Shown here: positions 1 through 13,900 of the stretch, one piece after another
How the letters are laid out: each line of letters opens with the position of its first letter
How positions within the stretch are numbered: position 1 is the first letter of the stretch
Source of the DNA: Oculina patagonica
Taxonomy: Eukaryota
DNA: 64,000 nt
Assembly (NCBI RefSeq): GCF_052425735.1
Contig: NC_135765.1
Coordinates: forward strand, 1,364,001 to 1,428,000
Direction: 5' to 3'
Position numbers and translations under genes: made by a program
The notes under the pieces: model-generated
What the model was told of the DNA's origin: nothing
Seen by the model: only the letters and a program-made list of their open reading frames with translations
Database searches by the model: none

Positions 1-224
1 TTAGGGGGGTCTGAACCTCCAATTTCCCGGTCGCGTCCGTCCCTTTTTGCGTTTCTATTTCAAAATACTTTGCAACGTTACCAGACGGTTCCCTTTTTCT
101 CCTGCTTCCCGCCTGGCTATGTTTCCAGCTTTCAAAAAGAGTTCTCAAACTCATTAATAATTCATCAAGTTAAAACAAATAAAATCATAACTGTGAAGCA
201 GTAGTTTTTGTTTCGATTGAGAAG

Positions 225-365
225 ATATATCAAACACTCAAGACAGTGTTTCATCGGCTATCCAAACACCTCGAATTCTGTCAAAAATACTCCGCTGCGC
301 GTCGTTTTTCAAATCTCTTCTCGGTGTTTGGATATCCCGATGAAACACTGCCTCTTGTGTTTGCC
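225..365. mobile_element. Small palindromic MITE-like element
   Basis: caaacac..cagtgtttcatcgg..tatccaaacac with an inverted copy gtgtttggatat..ccgatgaaacactg..gtgtttg. Confidence 0.55.
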
Positions 366-1716
366 GTATATATTACATCAGTTTTAATTTATATTGACCA
401 CAGTTAGCGTCCACTTATAAAAGATGCGTCCTTCTACTAGAGGTTACAAATGGATTAGCAACGCTGCATTTTCAAACACTACTCCAGTAGCCGTGGCGTA
501 CAAAATTTTAAAGCAAATTCCGTTAAAATGATTTATACTAACGTTGGTTTCTTTTACTTCTCCTCAGGATTTCATGTTCTTTGAACAAACGCAGGGACAT
601 GACAATGACCGGTTTTAATTCAAAACGTTATTTATCAGTCTAAAAACGCAAGTATTGATAATCTCTCGTGAAATATACAGACATAATCTGATACAGGTTC
701 ATTAAGCTTGTTAGGATACTAATAAAAACATACATAGAGTTTTAATTTAGTTGAACATAACGTAAAACAAGAAATGACGTTAATTAAACTGGTTTCTATA
801 TGATACTCAGCGATTGCAGAAGAAGATTGAAAGATAGTTTTGTCGTGTAGCTTGCTTTGCGAAGATCTTTATCGATCAGCATCGTTTCTTGTTTTTCAGA
901 AAACTCACTGCATTTTCCCCGATTTTAAACAGATTTTAATTGCAACTAGAAAAAGCATGCAAAGTGTAGTTATAAAGCCGAAACAAAGGTTCTCAATCTT
1001 CTTACAAAGGAAGACTTACAAACGTTTGTACTGGCTGGGTGTGGCAACTCTTGCCATACGTCGAAAACCTGTAAATTAGACGTTTTTCAACAGGAAATGT
1101 CGCGTTGAGGTTTTACGTTCAGTGGATTCCTCTTAGATTTGTTACAGTCCCTATATGACACACACTTTTTTTTTTGCACTTTTTCTCGATTGAGCGATCG
1201 CCAGAAGACCATACAGAAACCAGAGGTGCTTGAGAAGTTATGAACTTCTACGTATGAATGTAGCCTGGATTTCACACATCTAACTTATCCCCAGTGTTTT
1301 CTACAGAGGAAATTGTAAGACGTGGAGGATGATGGGAAGTCGCTAGAGAAGAAAGTCGGTCTTTCCTCCGTTCCCATCATCCATCGCGTCTTATTAATTA
1401 TTTTCTGAGAGATGACTGGGAACGAGTCAGAAGCTGACAGGAGTCTGGTGAAAAGTAGGGTAGCGTCGTAGCGTTTAACGTTATACATTTAATATATTCA
1501 CGCGTAATATATATTCATTTATACGTTGTTAAGAAGTGTGATTCATAATTTTAAGTGGAAATTATAAAAGAGAGTTTTTTTTAAGCCTACGGATTGTATT
1601 TTACTGGTGGCTTAAAAAGCCCTGAACAAGATGGACAACGCATGTGCAGAGCTCTGCTCATAAAACGTGTTGTGTGACGTTCCCCATGCTTGCTTAGCTT
1701 CAAGGTTCAATGAGGT

Positions 1717-1870
1717 TTTACAGCAAGCGCCCAGTGTACCACTATTTATTCACATTTCGGAGATTTAATCCAATCAGAAGTCAACTGCAAGCTATCCACG
1801 GCTTTTGATTGGATTAAATCTGCAGAATAATGTGAATAAATAAGTGGTCCATTTGGGCGCCTTGCTGTAA
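1717..1870. mobile_element. Hairpin (foldback) MITE-like element
   Basis: tttacagcaag..tttattcacatt..atttaatccaatca with an inverted copy ending cttgctgtaaa. Confidence 0.6.
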
Positions 1871-3074
1871 ACAACAGTCATAACAGTCTTAGTATTTACG
1901 AGACTACTGTAAAAACTCTTAACGTTTAGCAAGTTCTGGGATAGGATGAAGGTTATAGAAGCGGCTCTGTCTTCAAGAAACTGACTAGTTTTTGTCCATG
2001 GCAGTTACATGTAGTGATTTGTGTGAATTTTTACGTAATGTGTATAAAACTAAACACGATTGAATATTGCCGAATTATACATGATTTTTTAAAATTATAG
2101 AGCGTTAAGTAGTCTGTCAATTGATTTCCACTTTTATAACAAATTGACGTCAATTTTAACGCCCTCTTGTTTATTGTTTGCGTCATAACATTGTTAAAGT
2201 ATTGAAGTAGCTATCGCGTTCTTTTGGGGTGTCACGTTATTTTTTCTCTTCAACCAACGCTCAATGAAGGGAGTGCGTGACGTGCCTTGCCTAAGGACTT
2301 GACGGTATTACTACTAAGTCCTCGTTAAAACACGTTACTGAACAAAATGTCAACTTTATTCTGTTTTGTCGCGGAATGGTAACAAGAATAAAGATTCAAT
2401 TAACTTGATCATTTGTCATTTTCCTCGTCATAACGCTGTTAGTTTTAGCTGCGTCATTGTAATTTACGTCAATCTACGTCAAGGTAGAGAAGGGCATGAT
2501 GTCAGCTCTCCACGTGTTGTAATGAGTGCGTGGCTATCTATATCTTTCCGTTCTACTATGCTATCTTACTTAGATCCCCAATTTTTTGTTTTATATTTCG
2601 ATCCAATTGGCTCCTTATGTGACTACACAATCTGTATCGCCCTCCCTAGATCCCTCCCCGGCTCCCCTCCCTCCCCCCTCCTTCACTGCTTTACCGTCCG
2701 TGACCATTCCCATGCAAAACCACAAAAGCGATGACAGACGGCAACGTTTAATTTATGTGCTCCTTGCCCTACAACAATTCACACTGCCTTCCAAATAAAG
2801 AATTCCCAACTTTTTCGAGGTTTCTTCTCACAACACTGTAGATTTTCTTGTTAACGCGAGCAGAGCGTGACGCTCGCTTCCCGCCAAACTGCAGCGTGTA
2901 GATCACGTGATGTAATTGACTACTGAAGCGTGAATTCTGAAGCTAACAAAGTACAGGAAGTCGTCTGGCGGTCTCCACGCGAGGGGGGAGCGAGTACCTA
3001 GCGAGTGTCTTGTCTTCATGCGCTGTGTGACGCCATGCTTACTCCACCGTAAACCGACAAGGAACTCATTAACA

Positions 3075-5228
3075 ATGGCCGACAACGAGAAATCCAGTCC
3101 ACTCCGGCTCCTTGTGGCGCTCGCTATCGTGTTGTTAGTGGTGTATTGCGTGTCATTAAGCGTGTTCTTGGTTTATTTGATGCGAGATTACAGTCTGTTA
3201 AAAGAGCACGTCCAAGATTTGCGTGGACGAGTTGTTTCTTTGGAGGCGGATAGAGTTGCAGCTAGGGCGACAGCGACAGTTTCGCCCTCGGGTGACCGAA
3301 AACGACGAGAAAACAAAGAATCAGACCTTCAGGTAATGCAGAAAGTTGATAAACACTCAGTGAAATACTTCCTGCGCAAACATATGCTATATTTTATTGA
3401 TAGCGTGTTTGATAACTAGATAACTGATGCAAATTAATACCACAGTAATGTTATACTTGACTGCGTGTCGACGAATCTGCATACTGCTATTGTTTGCCAT
3501 TGTTGATCTTTGTCTACCCAAACAGAACATTTACCAAATTGCTGTCTTAACATCTGATACTTGAGTAACAGGGTGGTGTAGTCACTGACAATCCTGCACG
3601 ATTCCAGCAAAGGTTGTCGTAAACCATTATATTGTTCAGTAAATAAACCTGTGTCAGGATGCACGTTATAGAGCTTTCCGCTTCCTTGTCGATTTCCGTA
3701 ATTAATATTAATCATGTGCCCCAGGTCATTAACTTTCCCGCTGAATTCTTTTGATGTAATTCTTGCTCTTCCATTGTCGTTTATGCCACCCAAAGCTTGG
3801 TTCTCCTTTGATCACCTCGATCGTTTCTATCACCTTTGTCATTTCTAAAAGACATCTTGCAATCGGGGCGATTATATGAGAACAAACTACGCAACAATAC
3901 ATAGACTATCGCTAATTCTGGGGCGATGGGGGCGATAATCCCCTTGGACCCCCCTTTTCGGTCTAAAACTGCAAATAACTGAGAAGATAGGAAGCCACGA
4001 GTTTTGCCCTTTCATTGAAGGCTGCCATTGTGTTGGATCCAGGGCTAAAATGATTGTTTTACGAGGTCTTTGCTCATAGCAGGCGATCGGGACGATTATA
4101 TGGGAACCCCCGATCGCTTCCAATCGCTTCGTTTCGTCTCAGTACGATCGATGCGATCATATGAGAACCAGCCTTAACGCGGTTTCAGATCTGCCATTTA
4201 TGACGATTTTCACTCAGTATCTTCCAACAGAATCCACAATGAAGTTTGTCTTTGCTGGTTTATTTATGAGCTGTACTGTCTCGTAAGTCTGAGAGCAAGA
4301 AACAACCAAAACAATACCCCAGCAGTGCAGCATGCACCTCCTCGTCTACAAAAAGCGCATCCAGGGTATTCTCTGGTAGTGATCGTAGCACACAAGCTGT
4401 GGTGACTTGAACAGCCATCAGAGCGTCTTATGCTTCCAAATTTTCTGCGCTATCCAGCACCATAGTTCTCCAAAATGCCATCACGTTAGCAATCTTGTTG
4501 ACATTTTTTCTTCGCAACGTCTACGACTCCTTGAAAAACAAAACAAGGAAAAACAGTTTTAGTTTCTTAGAAATCGTTGTACTTCGTGGGTGGAACAAGA
4601 AAAACACTTAAACGCCGTAGCGAGTTAGGAAGCCGAAGCTGGCGTTGGGGATGAGGTAAGGGAGGGGGGGTGGCAAATTATCGGCCATGGCGGCTTATAA
4701 ATTTAGGTATAAATTTTACCAGCGAGGGCAAAATACACACCAGCTTTACCACGTCTGTTATATACCGTGAGGTGTACAGCTGTACTAACAGCATCATCAA
4801 CAATTGAAGTCTTCATGACGTGGTCTAGTCCAGCTTCTCGACCGCACCTTGTCTCTCCTCTTTTGAACTAAACTTCCGGCGCAGAGAAAACGGTAGACTT
4901 TCTCAAAGTCAAAATAGGGTGTATGGGGGTCGATAGACTGAACTAAACAACGCCCTGCTAATATTGTATGTTAACTTTTTCATTCATAGCAAACTAAGAT
5001 TGCTGACATCAAGAGCATATTCCCTGGAAGAGTCAGACGAAACTCGCAGTCCCAAGGTGCCTGTATCATGTGTACAAGCCAGGCCGGACCCCCAGGGCCT
5101 CGCGGGCCGCCAGGACCCGCGGGTAAGGGATTTTTGAGGTTTGCTTGATCTAAAAGGGGAATACGGGGATTATCAAATTCACTAATGCTTATTACTTGTG
5201 GGGGGGGGGGCCTCTCTTTTTTTTTGGG

Positions 5229-5262
<34 letters not shown>

Positions 5263-8200
5263 CGTTCCCCCCCCCCCCCCCCCCCCCCGTTACTTGTCCA
5301 CTCAAGTCACGTCTTTGCTTCTGTTTAACTTTTCAGGTCCAAAGGGAAAAAGAGGCCGAAAAGGAAATGAAGGTTATTATCCACCTAAAAGTGTACTTCT
5401 TGTAGCATTAGTTACGTAGCTCCCTCGCAGACGCTGTTTGGGCTCGTCACGCAATCTTCCCTCGCGTGGGGTTGGACAGAGGCGTGTTGTGTGACGAGCC
5501 CAAGGAGGACTAAATAGAGGCTATTGACAGCCGCTATTCCTAGAATATTCTGTAAGTCTACGGTGACAAACTTCCAGGAAAAATCAAAAATAGTTCGAGT
5601 GAGAAGAAGACATTCAGTTACTTTCAAATCGAAGTGGTTTCTCTTTTCTTGTTTTGTCAAATAAACACTATGTCTGAACACCTCTGAAAACCGGAAACTT
5701 TGATTCTTGGCAGTTATTAATGGAGATACTGATCAGTTAAAAGCTGCTGACTTTGCCTTTAAAATGTAAACGTTATTTTAGTCTTTAGAGACTGTTCTTG
5801 AATAAACATGACAGGAACAAACATGCTACTTTCGTTGTTGTCGTCGTAGCCGTCACACAACGCCTCTCCCTAACGAAGAGTGGTGCGTGACAGTCTAAAT
5901 AACGACTTTGACGGGCCTTATTTCGACGCTAACGAAGGAAGCGACCAATCTACTTCAATCTACGTTTTACAAAGTTTCTTATTTATTCTGTTTGGCCAAA
6001 TGAGCTCTATTGTGATAGCTTATAACGCCTAAAACGTAACGTTTTGCCATATTTTCTTTTAAGGTGTTGCCGGTCAACCAGGACCCAAGGGTCACGTGGG
6101 ACCTCCGGGACCCTCCGGGCCACATGGCCCTGAAGGATCCCCGGGTACACCTGGGTTAAAGGGAGATCCCGGACTTAAAGGTAGGACGATATTTTGTACA
6201 CAAACAATTGGAAATATACACAATGGGCCTTTTCCAACATACAGTGACATGGTACAAAATCTCGCCGAGCTGGATGGCAAGCTACGCACTGAGTCGTCAA
6301 AAACAAAGAAAAGTAAAGCTTAGCGATTGAAGTCGCTTTGGGGGTCGCATTCTCTTGCCATCCATCATGGCGGATTAAACAGCTTGTTGCAAAAGGCCCA
6401 TTATCATGCCAATTAAAAAAACCCGTTTCTTTTCTTCACGGAGTTTTGGGAACAGTAAGACGAGAAAAGGTGAGGTGTAATAAGCGAGTTTTCTCACAGA
6501 AATTTCGAGTTCTCCCAAACTTTTTCGTGTGTTTCCAATAAATAACGTTTTCTCAAAGAATTTTTCTAATTTTCTCTCCTTCATAACCAAACGCGGAAAT
6601 AATTTCTACCAATCACAGTGGGCGGAATATCGTGTTTATTTCATATAGAGCCACTGTGCAAACCAACAAGACATCCAATCAACATAGGCGTTAGAAGTAG
6701 CAGTTTGACTATAACACCGAGTTTTTTATGAGTGAATAGTCAACAACGCGCATCCGAGATAACTATCTTAAGGGGGGGAGAGTAGTTACGGTTACTATGA
6801 ATGAAACAGGGCAGAGATTACAAATAGGGCCCGCGCAATGCACGCGCTTTACTGGTCACGCTGTCAGCTAATAGTGAACGATTAGAAAACCAAATATATT
6901 CGCGGACTTCCAACAGATCACGACGAGTTTCTAGTACAAGTGGATATCAATCAATTTTGACTGATATTTGTTTGCTTGTTGTTTATAGGTGAACAGGGAC
7001 CGCCAGGCCTTATGGTGAGTCAATTTGTTTAGACTTCTACTTTATGGTACACTGTAACGAAACAAATTGTATTTCTACCACAAACAAACAAAAAAGGCTT
7101 AAGAAATACAAATAACATGTTTCACAGCTTACTACTTACCATAACTAATCTAAGCAAACGTTAATTTAAACGAATTTCTTTCGTGGTTTATGGTAAAATT
7201 CGATAGAACTTGTTCAGATCAGCTGCCGAATTTTTCCTTGAATGTTAAACTATTTCACGGCTGCTCACGAAACGAAATCTTGATTTTTCAGGTGGCAGAA
7301 AGCGCTCATTTGGTAGGCAACGGGAAAAGAGTGGTTCATGCTGGTAAGGATGTCTTCTTCATTTATTTTCTAGTTTCTTTCCTCAGTTGTTTTCTGATGA
7401 CTTTTAAAATTCACTAGCTACGACTCCACGTTGCGCTAGCCTGCGTAGTAGGCGTCTGTGTACGTTTTTTAGCGCCTTTAAAAGAGCGCGTGATCGCGAG
7501 AAGGCCTCGATTTTTTCCTCGCGTGGCCCCCTCGCGCCTTTTGTGTTTCCCGTTTTTTGCGCGCTCGAAACTACGGAGGCTAACTTTGCGCCAGCTTTTT
7601 CGTAAAGTTTCGTAAAAGTCACGTGAGCTAAGCAGTCTAAGCAGCTCCGCACTGCATTCTGGTCATGTGAGAAACATCGCCGTTTAAAACATGACTGCAA
7701 GAGAACTTATGAACTTCTTGAATCATACTTTAAAGCACTTAGCGCAAAACAAAAGCAAACAATGTAATAATTTTGAAAGTCATGCGGATAAACACTTATA
7801 AGTTACCCTGTTTTCCATTATCCGAGATTGCATTATTCAATCATTGAGTAAAAACTAGCATTTACAAACTTTTAAAGCTTCTTCCACAGGCACTGTGCAT
7901 CGATGGAGGGAAAGCCATGTTAATGGAAGCATCACGTTCAGAAGGCACGTGGGCGAACTTGTGATCGGTCGTTCTGGAATGTACTATGTCTACAGCCAGA
8001 TGTACTACAGCGATTGTTCCACCTACTCCATGAATCACTACACTTTGCTGAATGGACGCAAGATCCTTGGCAGCATCTCAAGTGTGGCAGCATGCAGGAC
8101 ACATTACAACACGAATTTCCAGGCAGGCGTTTTTCATCTGAATCGTGGTGATATTCTTAAGGTTGAAGTGTACAGGAGTAAGACGTACTACATGGATGAT

Positions 8201-8269
8201 CCTTACAGCTACTTTGGAGTGTTCATGTTGTATCCTGACCAAGGTCAAGCTCGTTTGCCTCTGCCTTAA
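3075..8269 (+). CDS. G1: collagen-containing TNF superfamily ligand (ectodysplasin-A-like), ~333 aa, 7 exons: 3075-3332, 4990-5122, 5337-5372, 6064-6180, 6989-7014, 7292-7343, 7890-8269
   Basis: MADNEK start, TM LLVALAIVLLVVYCVSLSVFLVYLM, furin sites RKRR and RVRR, CIMC, ~24 Gly-X-Y triplets including GPKGKRGRKG, strand A (ESAHLVG), and a THD exon with G.YYVYSQ and YFGVFML motifs. All introns are GT-AG and phases are consistent (sum 1002 nt). Confidence 0.9.
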
Positions 8270-10856
8270 AGCGAAATTGCGTTGACAAACTCTTGCTTTA
8301 AAACTTACATTGCGGATAACACAATCTATTTTGCGGATCAGTTCTGAGCAGCTTAGCTTTCCTGCATTGTAAATTACCAAACGTAACTTGACATATCTTT
8401 TAATGTAAATTTTTTGTGGGCGCAGCCATCTTGGACTTGATGACGTAAGCCTAAAGGAAACCTGTACGTCACTGGTGGCGTTCGTAATCTCTTCAAATCT
8501 TTGCCAATCTTAACAATACTTGTTTCCTTTTTGCTTTTTTGTTACTTCTTTGGGGTTTTTCTTCCATAACAAAAAATTATTTTGAGGTTTCTTTGGACTG
8601 TGTTCAACATCTTGAAGATGCAGTAGTACACTGCGACCTTGCGCCTTCGACGGCATCTTCTTTTGTTAGAAAACAAAACAACGATTGTCGCAAACACAAG
8701 AAAGAGCCGAAAAACATCATCACACCCAAGAAGACTGCGCCTAATGACTTCACATCTTCGCCGTAAGTTTGACTTAAATTGTGACTCAATAACCCAAAAT
8801 GAACTAACACCAGTGAATGAGTCTAGCATACAATAGCTTGTATACTATGAAGAAATTTGCAATGCGACAATCTATTTTAGCTAAAACAAAAACGTTTTAT
8901 CTCGCCGCAGGTTCACTTTAAGGCCAGTAAATCAATTTTGTTTCGTACTTGATTTTTTTTAGCAGCTGTCAAAAGGTAATAGCTACTGTTAACTGTATGA
9001 CCATACGGGAAATAAGAGGGCCAATAAGTAAGAAATGTTATTTTGATTTCTGCTAGATACACATTTTCCCGGCATTTTAAAAATTAGAGCGTTTTAACTT
9101 TCGCCTCATTGGCTTTGCTATTATCGTAATTGTAGTCCCATAAACAATTTTTATACATTCTTACCAAACAATTTCACGATTACATTGTATTATATTTCTG
9201 GAAGGTTTTCAGGTTATTTTTTAAGGAGATTCCATGCACAGTAGTCAAATAAGGTAGGCTTTCGAATCGACCACTTTCCAGTTTGTAATCCGTGTAAAAA
9301 AAGGAACTACTCTGTAAATTGAGTTTATATTCGGTATCCGAATAGTCAAATAAATGATGCATTTAAATTAATGCCAGTATCAAAAATTAATTAGTCTAAT
9401 TAGTGCAAAAGGTAGAATCCAAGTCAAATAAAGCCAATGTAATAAAATAATTAAGGAAATCGATCAACAATGTGTTTTTGTATATCACGATTTATCTCAT
9501 GCCGTACAGCCAATGAGAAGGCTGGTAAGCCGTAACATATTAGTTTAACAGTATGTCACGTGTTTTGTTCAGCAATAATTTACCACCGCTAATATGTGCA
9601 TTAAGCCTGAAGTAAGTTGGTTATGTGATGTGAACTCGTGGAATACCGTATGTATCTCACGAGTGACTTTCATTATGCGAGTAAGTAAACCCTCGCCTTT
9701 AGGTGATATCCCGCCCGAAAAGTTACATTTCTAGTCTGTTAAGTATGTACCACTAAAACGTGTAATAACCATCGCTTTAGAAATTATATATTATCTCAAA
9801 ACATTTTATACGGAATTGTAAAAAAGTAATACTTCAATAAAACATGTACCTTCTTGTCATGGCGAGTCCCTTCTTTGAGGCCGTTTGACTTTCAAGCTTT
9901 TCCTTTTCTCCGTGTTTTTTCCAGCGCATTCCCGTTTATCTTCACATTCTATCTGGGCGTTTCCTACTGGGGTTTCTAGCGTACTATTTTCTATAAATGC
10001 TTAAACCCTGCAATCAATTCCAAAGTTTTGTTGTCTTAGAATACGTTCCATTGTAATGTCAGCATTCAGTTTATTTCAGCAGAGAAACCTTGAATAGAGA
10101 AAAGTTATAGCAATATATTGAGCTCGCGGCGTGTGTTCCGCCTAAACGTATGCAACGCATGCACCCAGCATGACAATTATTGTAACTCCCCCGCTTTCGG
10201 AGAGCTCAGATCTCGTACCTCGAGTCTTCTTTCCTTCTGCACAGGCTGGGGAATGAAGACCCTGGATACGAGGATGGAGAGCTCAAAGAATCGAAAACTC
10301 TAATATTTCTGCGATTATAAGGTATGCCAAAATGCAACTTTATTGGAAGACTGATGAGATGAAAGCCGTTTATCGTTCAACTCGTATACAGTACACAAAA
10401 TCCTGTGATATACAGTCGGGTTGGGGTTGGTGGGGGGGGGGGGGGAATCGGGATAAACTCGTACCGGTATGAAAGTCATTCCGGTATCATGTAAACACCC
10501 CCTTAGACTTTTTCATATCAAGGTATTAAACCCTTTGTTGTACACAAAATAAAAGACTACATAAACACGTTGGAACTATATAGTTTATCTTTGCCACTAC
10601 GGTCTACAGAAACAGTCAAACAAATAATACGACCGCGCGCCAAATCATAAATGCCCCTGGGTCTCTGAGGATATGGCTCGTTCAGCCCGTCCTGAAACCT
10701 TTCGTCGCTCTGATTTTTGCCAGTTTACTTTGTTTTGCTTCGACTCTCCCTGGGTCTACCAGGATGCCGAAAAGGCAACCAGGTATAGGCAGTATAGGTA
10801 GTTTATGCTCCCAGGTCGAAACTCCAACACGTGCATGCCCTTTGTACGGTTCAATT

Positions 10857-10865
10857 TTCCGAGAA
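10857..10865 (+). promoter_or_regulatory. Putative STAT (GAS) site upstream of G2
   Basis: TTCCGAGAA (TTCN3GAA), conserved at the equivalent position upstream of G3. Confidence 0.4.
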
Positions 10866-10992
10866 ACTCACAAAATATACATGCTTAGCGAAGCGTGAGA
10901 CAATAATAAATCAAACAGTTCTGAGAATTGGCGCGCTTAGATCAAAACAACTTCAGCGCTTCGAGACTTCGCGTACAACACATCCGGCAGAC

Positions 10993-13900
10993 ATGGAGAA
11001 ACGCGGTCACTCGCGAGCTCGCAGCAACTTGATCTCGTTCGTGGTTCTTATAGCTGCAATCTACGTCATCCTCGTCACAGTTTTTATAGCGACGCTGTAT
11101 CACTTCACAGTGTGGCAGTCTGCTAGAATTCAAACACTCGAGTCAATTGCTGATGATCTGGCAGCGCGTGTTTACAAGTTAGAGACACGTTTGACAGCTC
11201 AGGAAAATCAAGAAAATGACGAGAAACCTGTGGGTGAAATGAATCAAGATGTGAAGGAAACGACGGAAAAACGTCCTGGGAACAAGGTTGCTTTAATACT
11301 CGTCATGCAATAAGTGGCTTCTTTCTGTTGTACAGAAATTATGCATAATTTGACTAAATGCAGCATCGCTTCATTCAAACGTGCGTTGTTGTTCGTTTTT
11401 GCAGCAGACACGTTTGAATTCTTTCCAAACAAGAGACAAGCGACAGTTTCAAGGCTACGATCTGCCCAGTGAAGGTAGGCTTCAATTGCTGTTTGTGTTG
11501 TAATGCTTCACGTCTTTTTCAGCAAACACAGTTCATTGTTTTTGCATGTTTAAAGTTCACGACCATCCACGCATTGGGAATTGGCCGATGCTTCTGGAAT
11601 TGATTATGAACTGAATAAACAAAGATGGCCGAATGATTACTGTAACTGTGCAAATATTTAACTAGCAGTTGTACAGAAATTTTCTCAAAGCATTGTTAAT
11701 CGCAAAACAAGTAAATTTCGGAAGTGAGAGATCAGGAGACATTTTCTCACTATTATTCTTATACAATGTTAATTAACGCAGTTGGGAGATTAAAGTCACT
11801 GATGATCATATAAAGCATTCGCAGGTATAAACTAGTACACTCCTGTCGCTTATTTGAAACTGCAACGAAAGGGCGGAATATAAAATTGTAATTGTAAGAA
11901 TATTGTTCTGTTAATTAGAACGCCGGCTGAATGAGCAAATTGAACTTTGCCAGGTTACTTCCGCATATTTTTAGCTAATGAATTCTATCTTCATTTTAAT
12001 ATGAATATGCTTCTTGGAAATTTTTGCGTTTTTTTGCCGTTTGCTAACTTTTCGACATCGTTCTGTTGGTTTACCAAACTTTTCATTCATTCAAAGACCC
12101 AACAAAGCACGTGCTTTTCGTCAGCTCTTCCGTCCTGAGTAAACTTGATTCCCATTGGCTGAACAAAAAGGAAACCAATATAAAGCCGTCAAGGAGATGA
12201 CAAAAAACAATCAAAAGATCAATCGGGGGCAACATGAACGACGCGATTCAATATAGAGTAGTTAATTTATATTTCGCGCAATAACTCTTACAATTTCACA
12301 CTAGTTATAATTTGGCATTTATTAGAAGCAGATTAGATGTGATTAGCGCTGGACAGATGGCCGACAAAGACTGACGATCATTTTAAAAATTGAACCTATC
12401 TTGGATGGGACCGATAACGCAGGTTGCACCAAAACTAAAGACGATCCCGCAGGCGTAACACTCGAGCGCAAATATAAATTACGACTTTTCTCGTCAATGA
12501 TACCCTAAGGCCTACGTTTAAGTAGCAATCCATTTTGCTTAATCACGTACAGAAATCAAAACGTAAACCTTAAACTGAAATATCTCTTCATATTTCTTTA
12601 ATTGCAGGATTCCTATGCGGTAAGAAAGGTAAGAGAAGAAACGGCATTGTTTGGTGAAGTAATCTGTTTTTGTGGTTCATAATGTCTAGTTCTATACTCA
12701 ATTCAATACAAATTTTGTTTTTACTTATAAATTTATACATTGTAGCTATAGCAGCGAATACAAACAAACAAGAGAAATTACATATAATTAAACTTATCGA
12801 AATGTAGCAATAGTGCCATCATGGAAGACATGGTTTAAAACAAGTTTTTTTTCTTTATAGGTTGCAAAGGCAAGAAAGGTAAATTGATAGAACAATAGAC
12901 ATTTGTATATAAAATTTGAAATCAACATGTATGTATAACACTGATGGCTATTTTTTGAACACGCGCTTCACATGCAGTTTTATACTTCTAACACACAACA
13001 AAATTATACGTTAAGAGCAATAATTGTTAAACCAGAATAGAAAAGAACTGTATAGTTTAACTTTATAGAAAAGAAGTTAGAGCTTATCTTTTTAGTTTCA
13101 CCTTTTGTTGTCCTTTTTAGGAGAAAAGGGTGACCAGGGTGACCCAGGCCCACCCGGACCTGTGGGACCGCAAGGACTTCGTGGAGAGACTGGGCCGAAT
13201 GGTACCGACGGAAGAGTAGGTTAGACAACGTCGTTCATTCCAGCTGTGAGGATATTGTAGCGAATAACTTCACAAGCTTAAACAAAAGGATTCACCTTGA
13301 AATTCACCTGAATTTTAACAGGAGCCGATCCTTTATGCATTTATAAATGTTAAGGTGGTGGGGGGGGGGGGGGGGGGGGGGGGGCATAGGCCGGGCATTT
13401 GAACTTAGCTGAGACTTTCTGATCAAATGCCCAACCCCAGGGCATTTGTGGATGTTCAAAAGAGTCACTAAACGTCAATAAAATGTTGTAACAAAGTCCA
13501 TTATAAACACAGTCAAAAGTCCCCACCAAGGGCAAACAATTACTGTTAAATCCCCTGCCTATACCTGGCCTCACCCCCGCCCCCCCGGCGGCTTAACCTT
13601 GATTGGTGCATTAGAAATACGTAAAACTAGAGCTGAAATTGCGTGAACAACAACAGCATTTCTTCAAACGAGGAGGTTCTTTATACCTAGTATTATTGTT
13701 AAGTAAGCTCTAACTTTGACAATGACGTTCCCTGATGCTAACGAGATGACGCGAAAACTCAGTTACGGAATTTTCACTTCATGTCTGCGAGTAACTCTAC
13801 AGGTGGTTTTCACTGTCATGCTACTGTCACGCCGCAAAAAAATAAATCCAAAACTATTGAGTCAAAAAAATCAAGAATATTACAGGTTGTAGAAAACTAC

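Noticed and set aside
3434-3793. 119-aa antisense ORF in G1 intron 1
   Set aside because: Non-ATG start and no recognisable domain; may be a repeat fragment
5196-5290. Poly-F/poly-P ORFs and long G/T/C homopolymers
   Set aside because: Intronic low-complexity sequence, possibly low-quality consensus; only 5337-5372 is a supported exon
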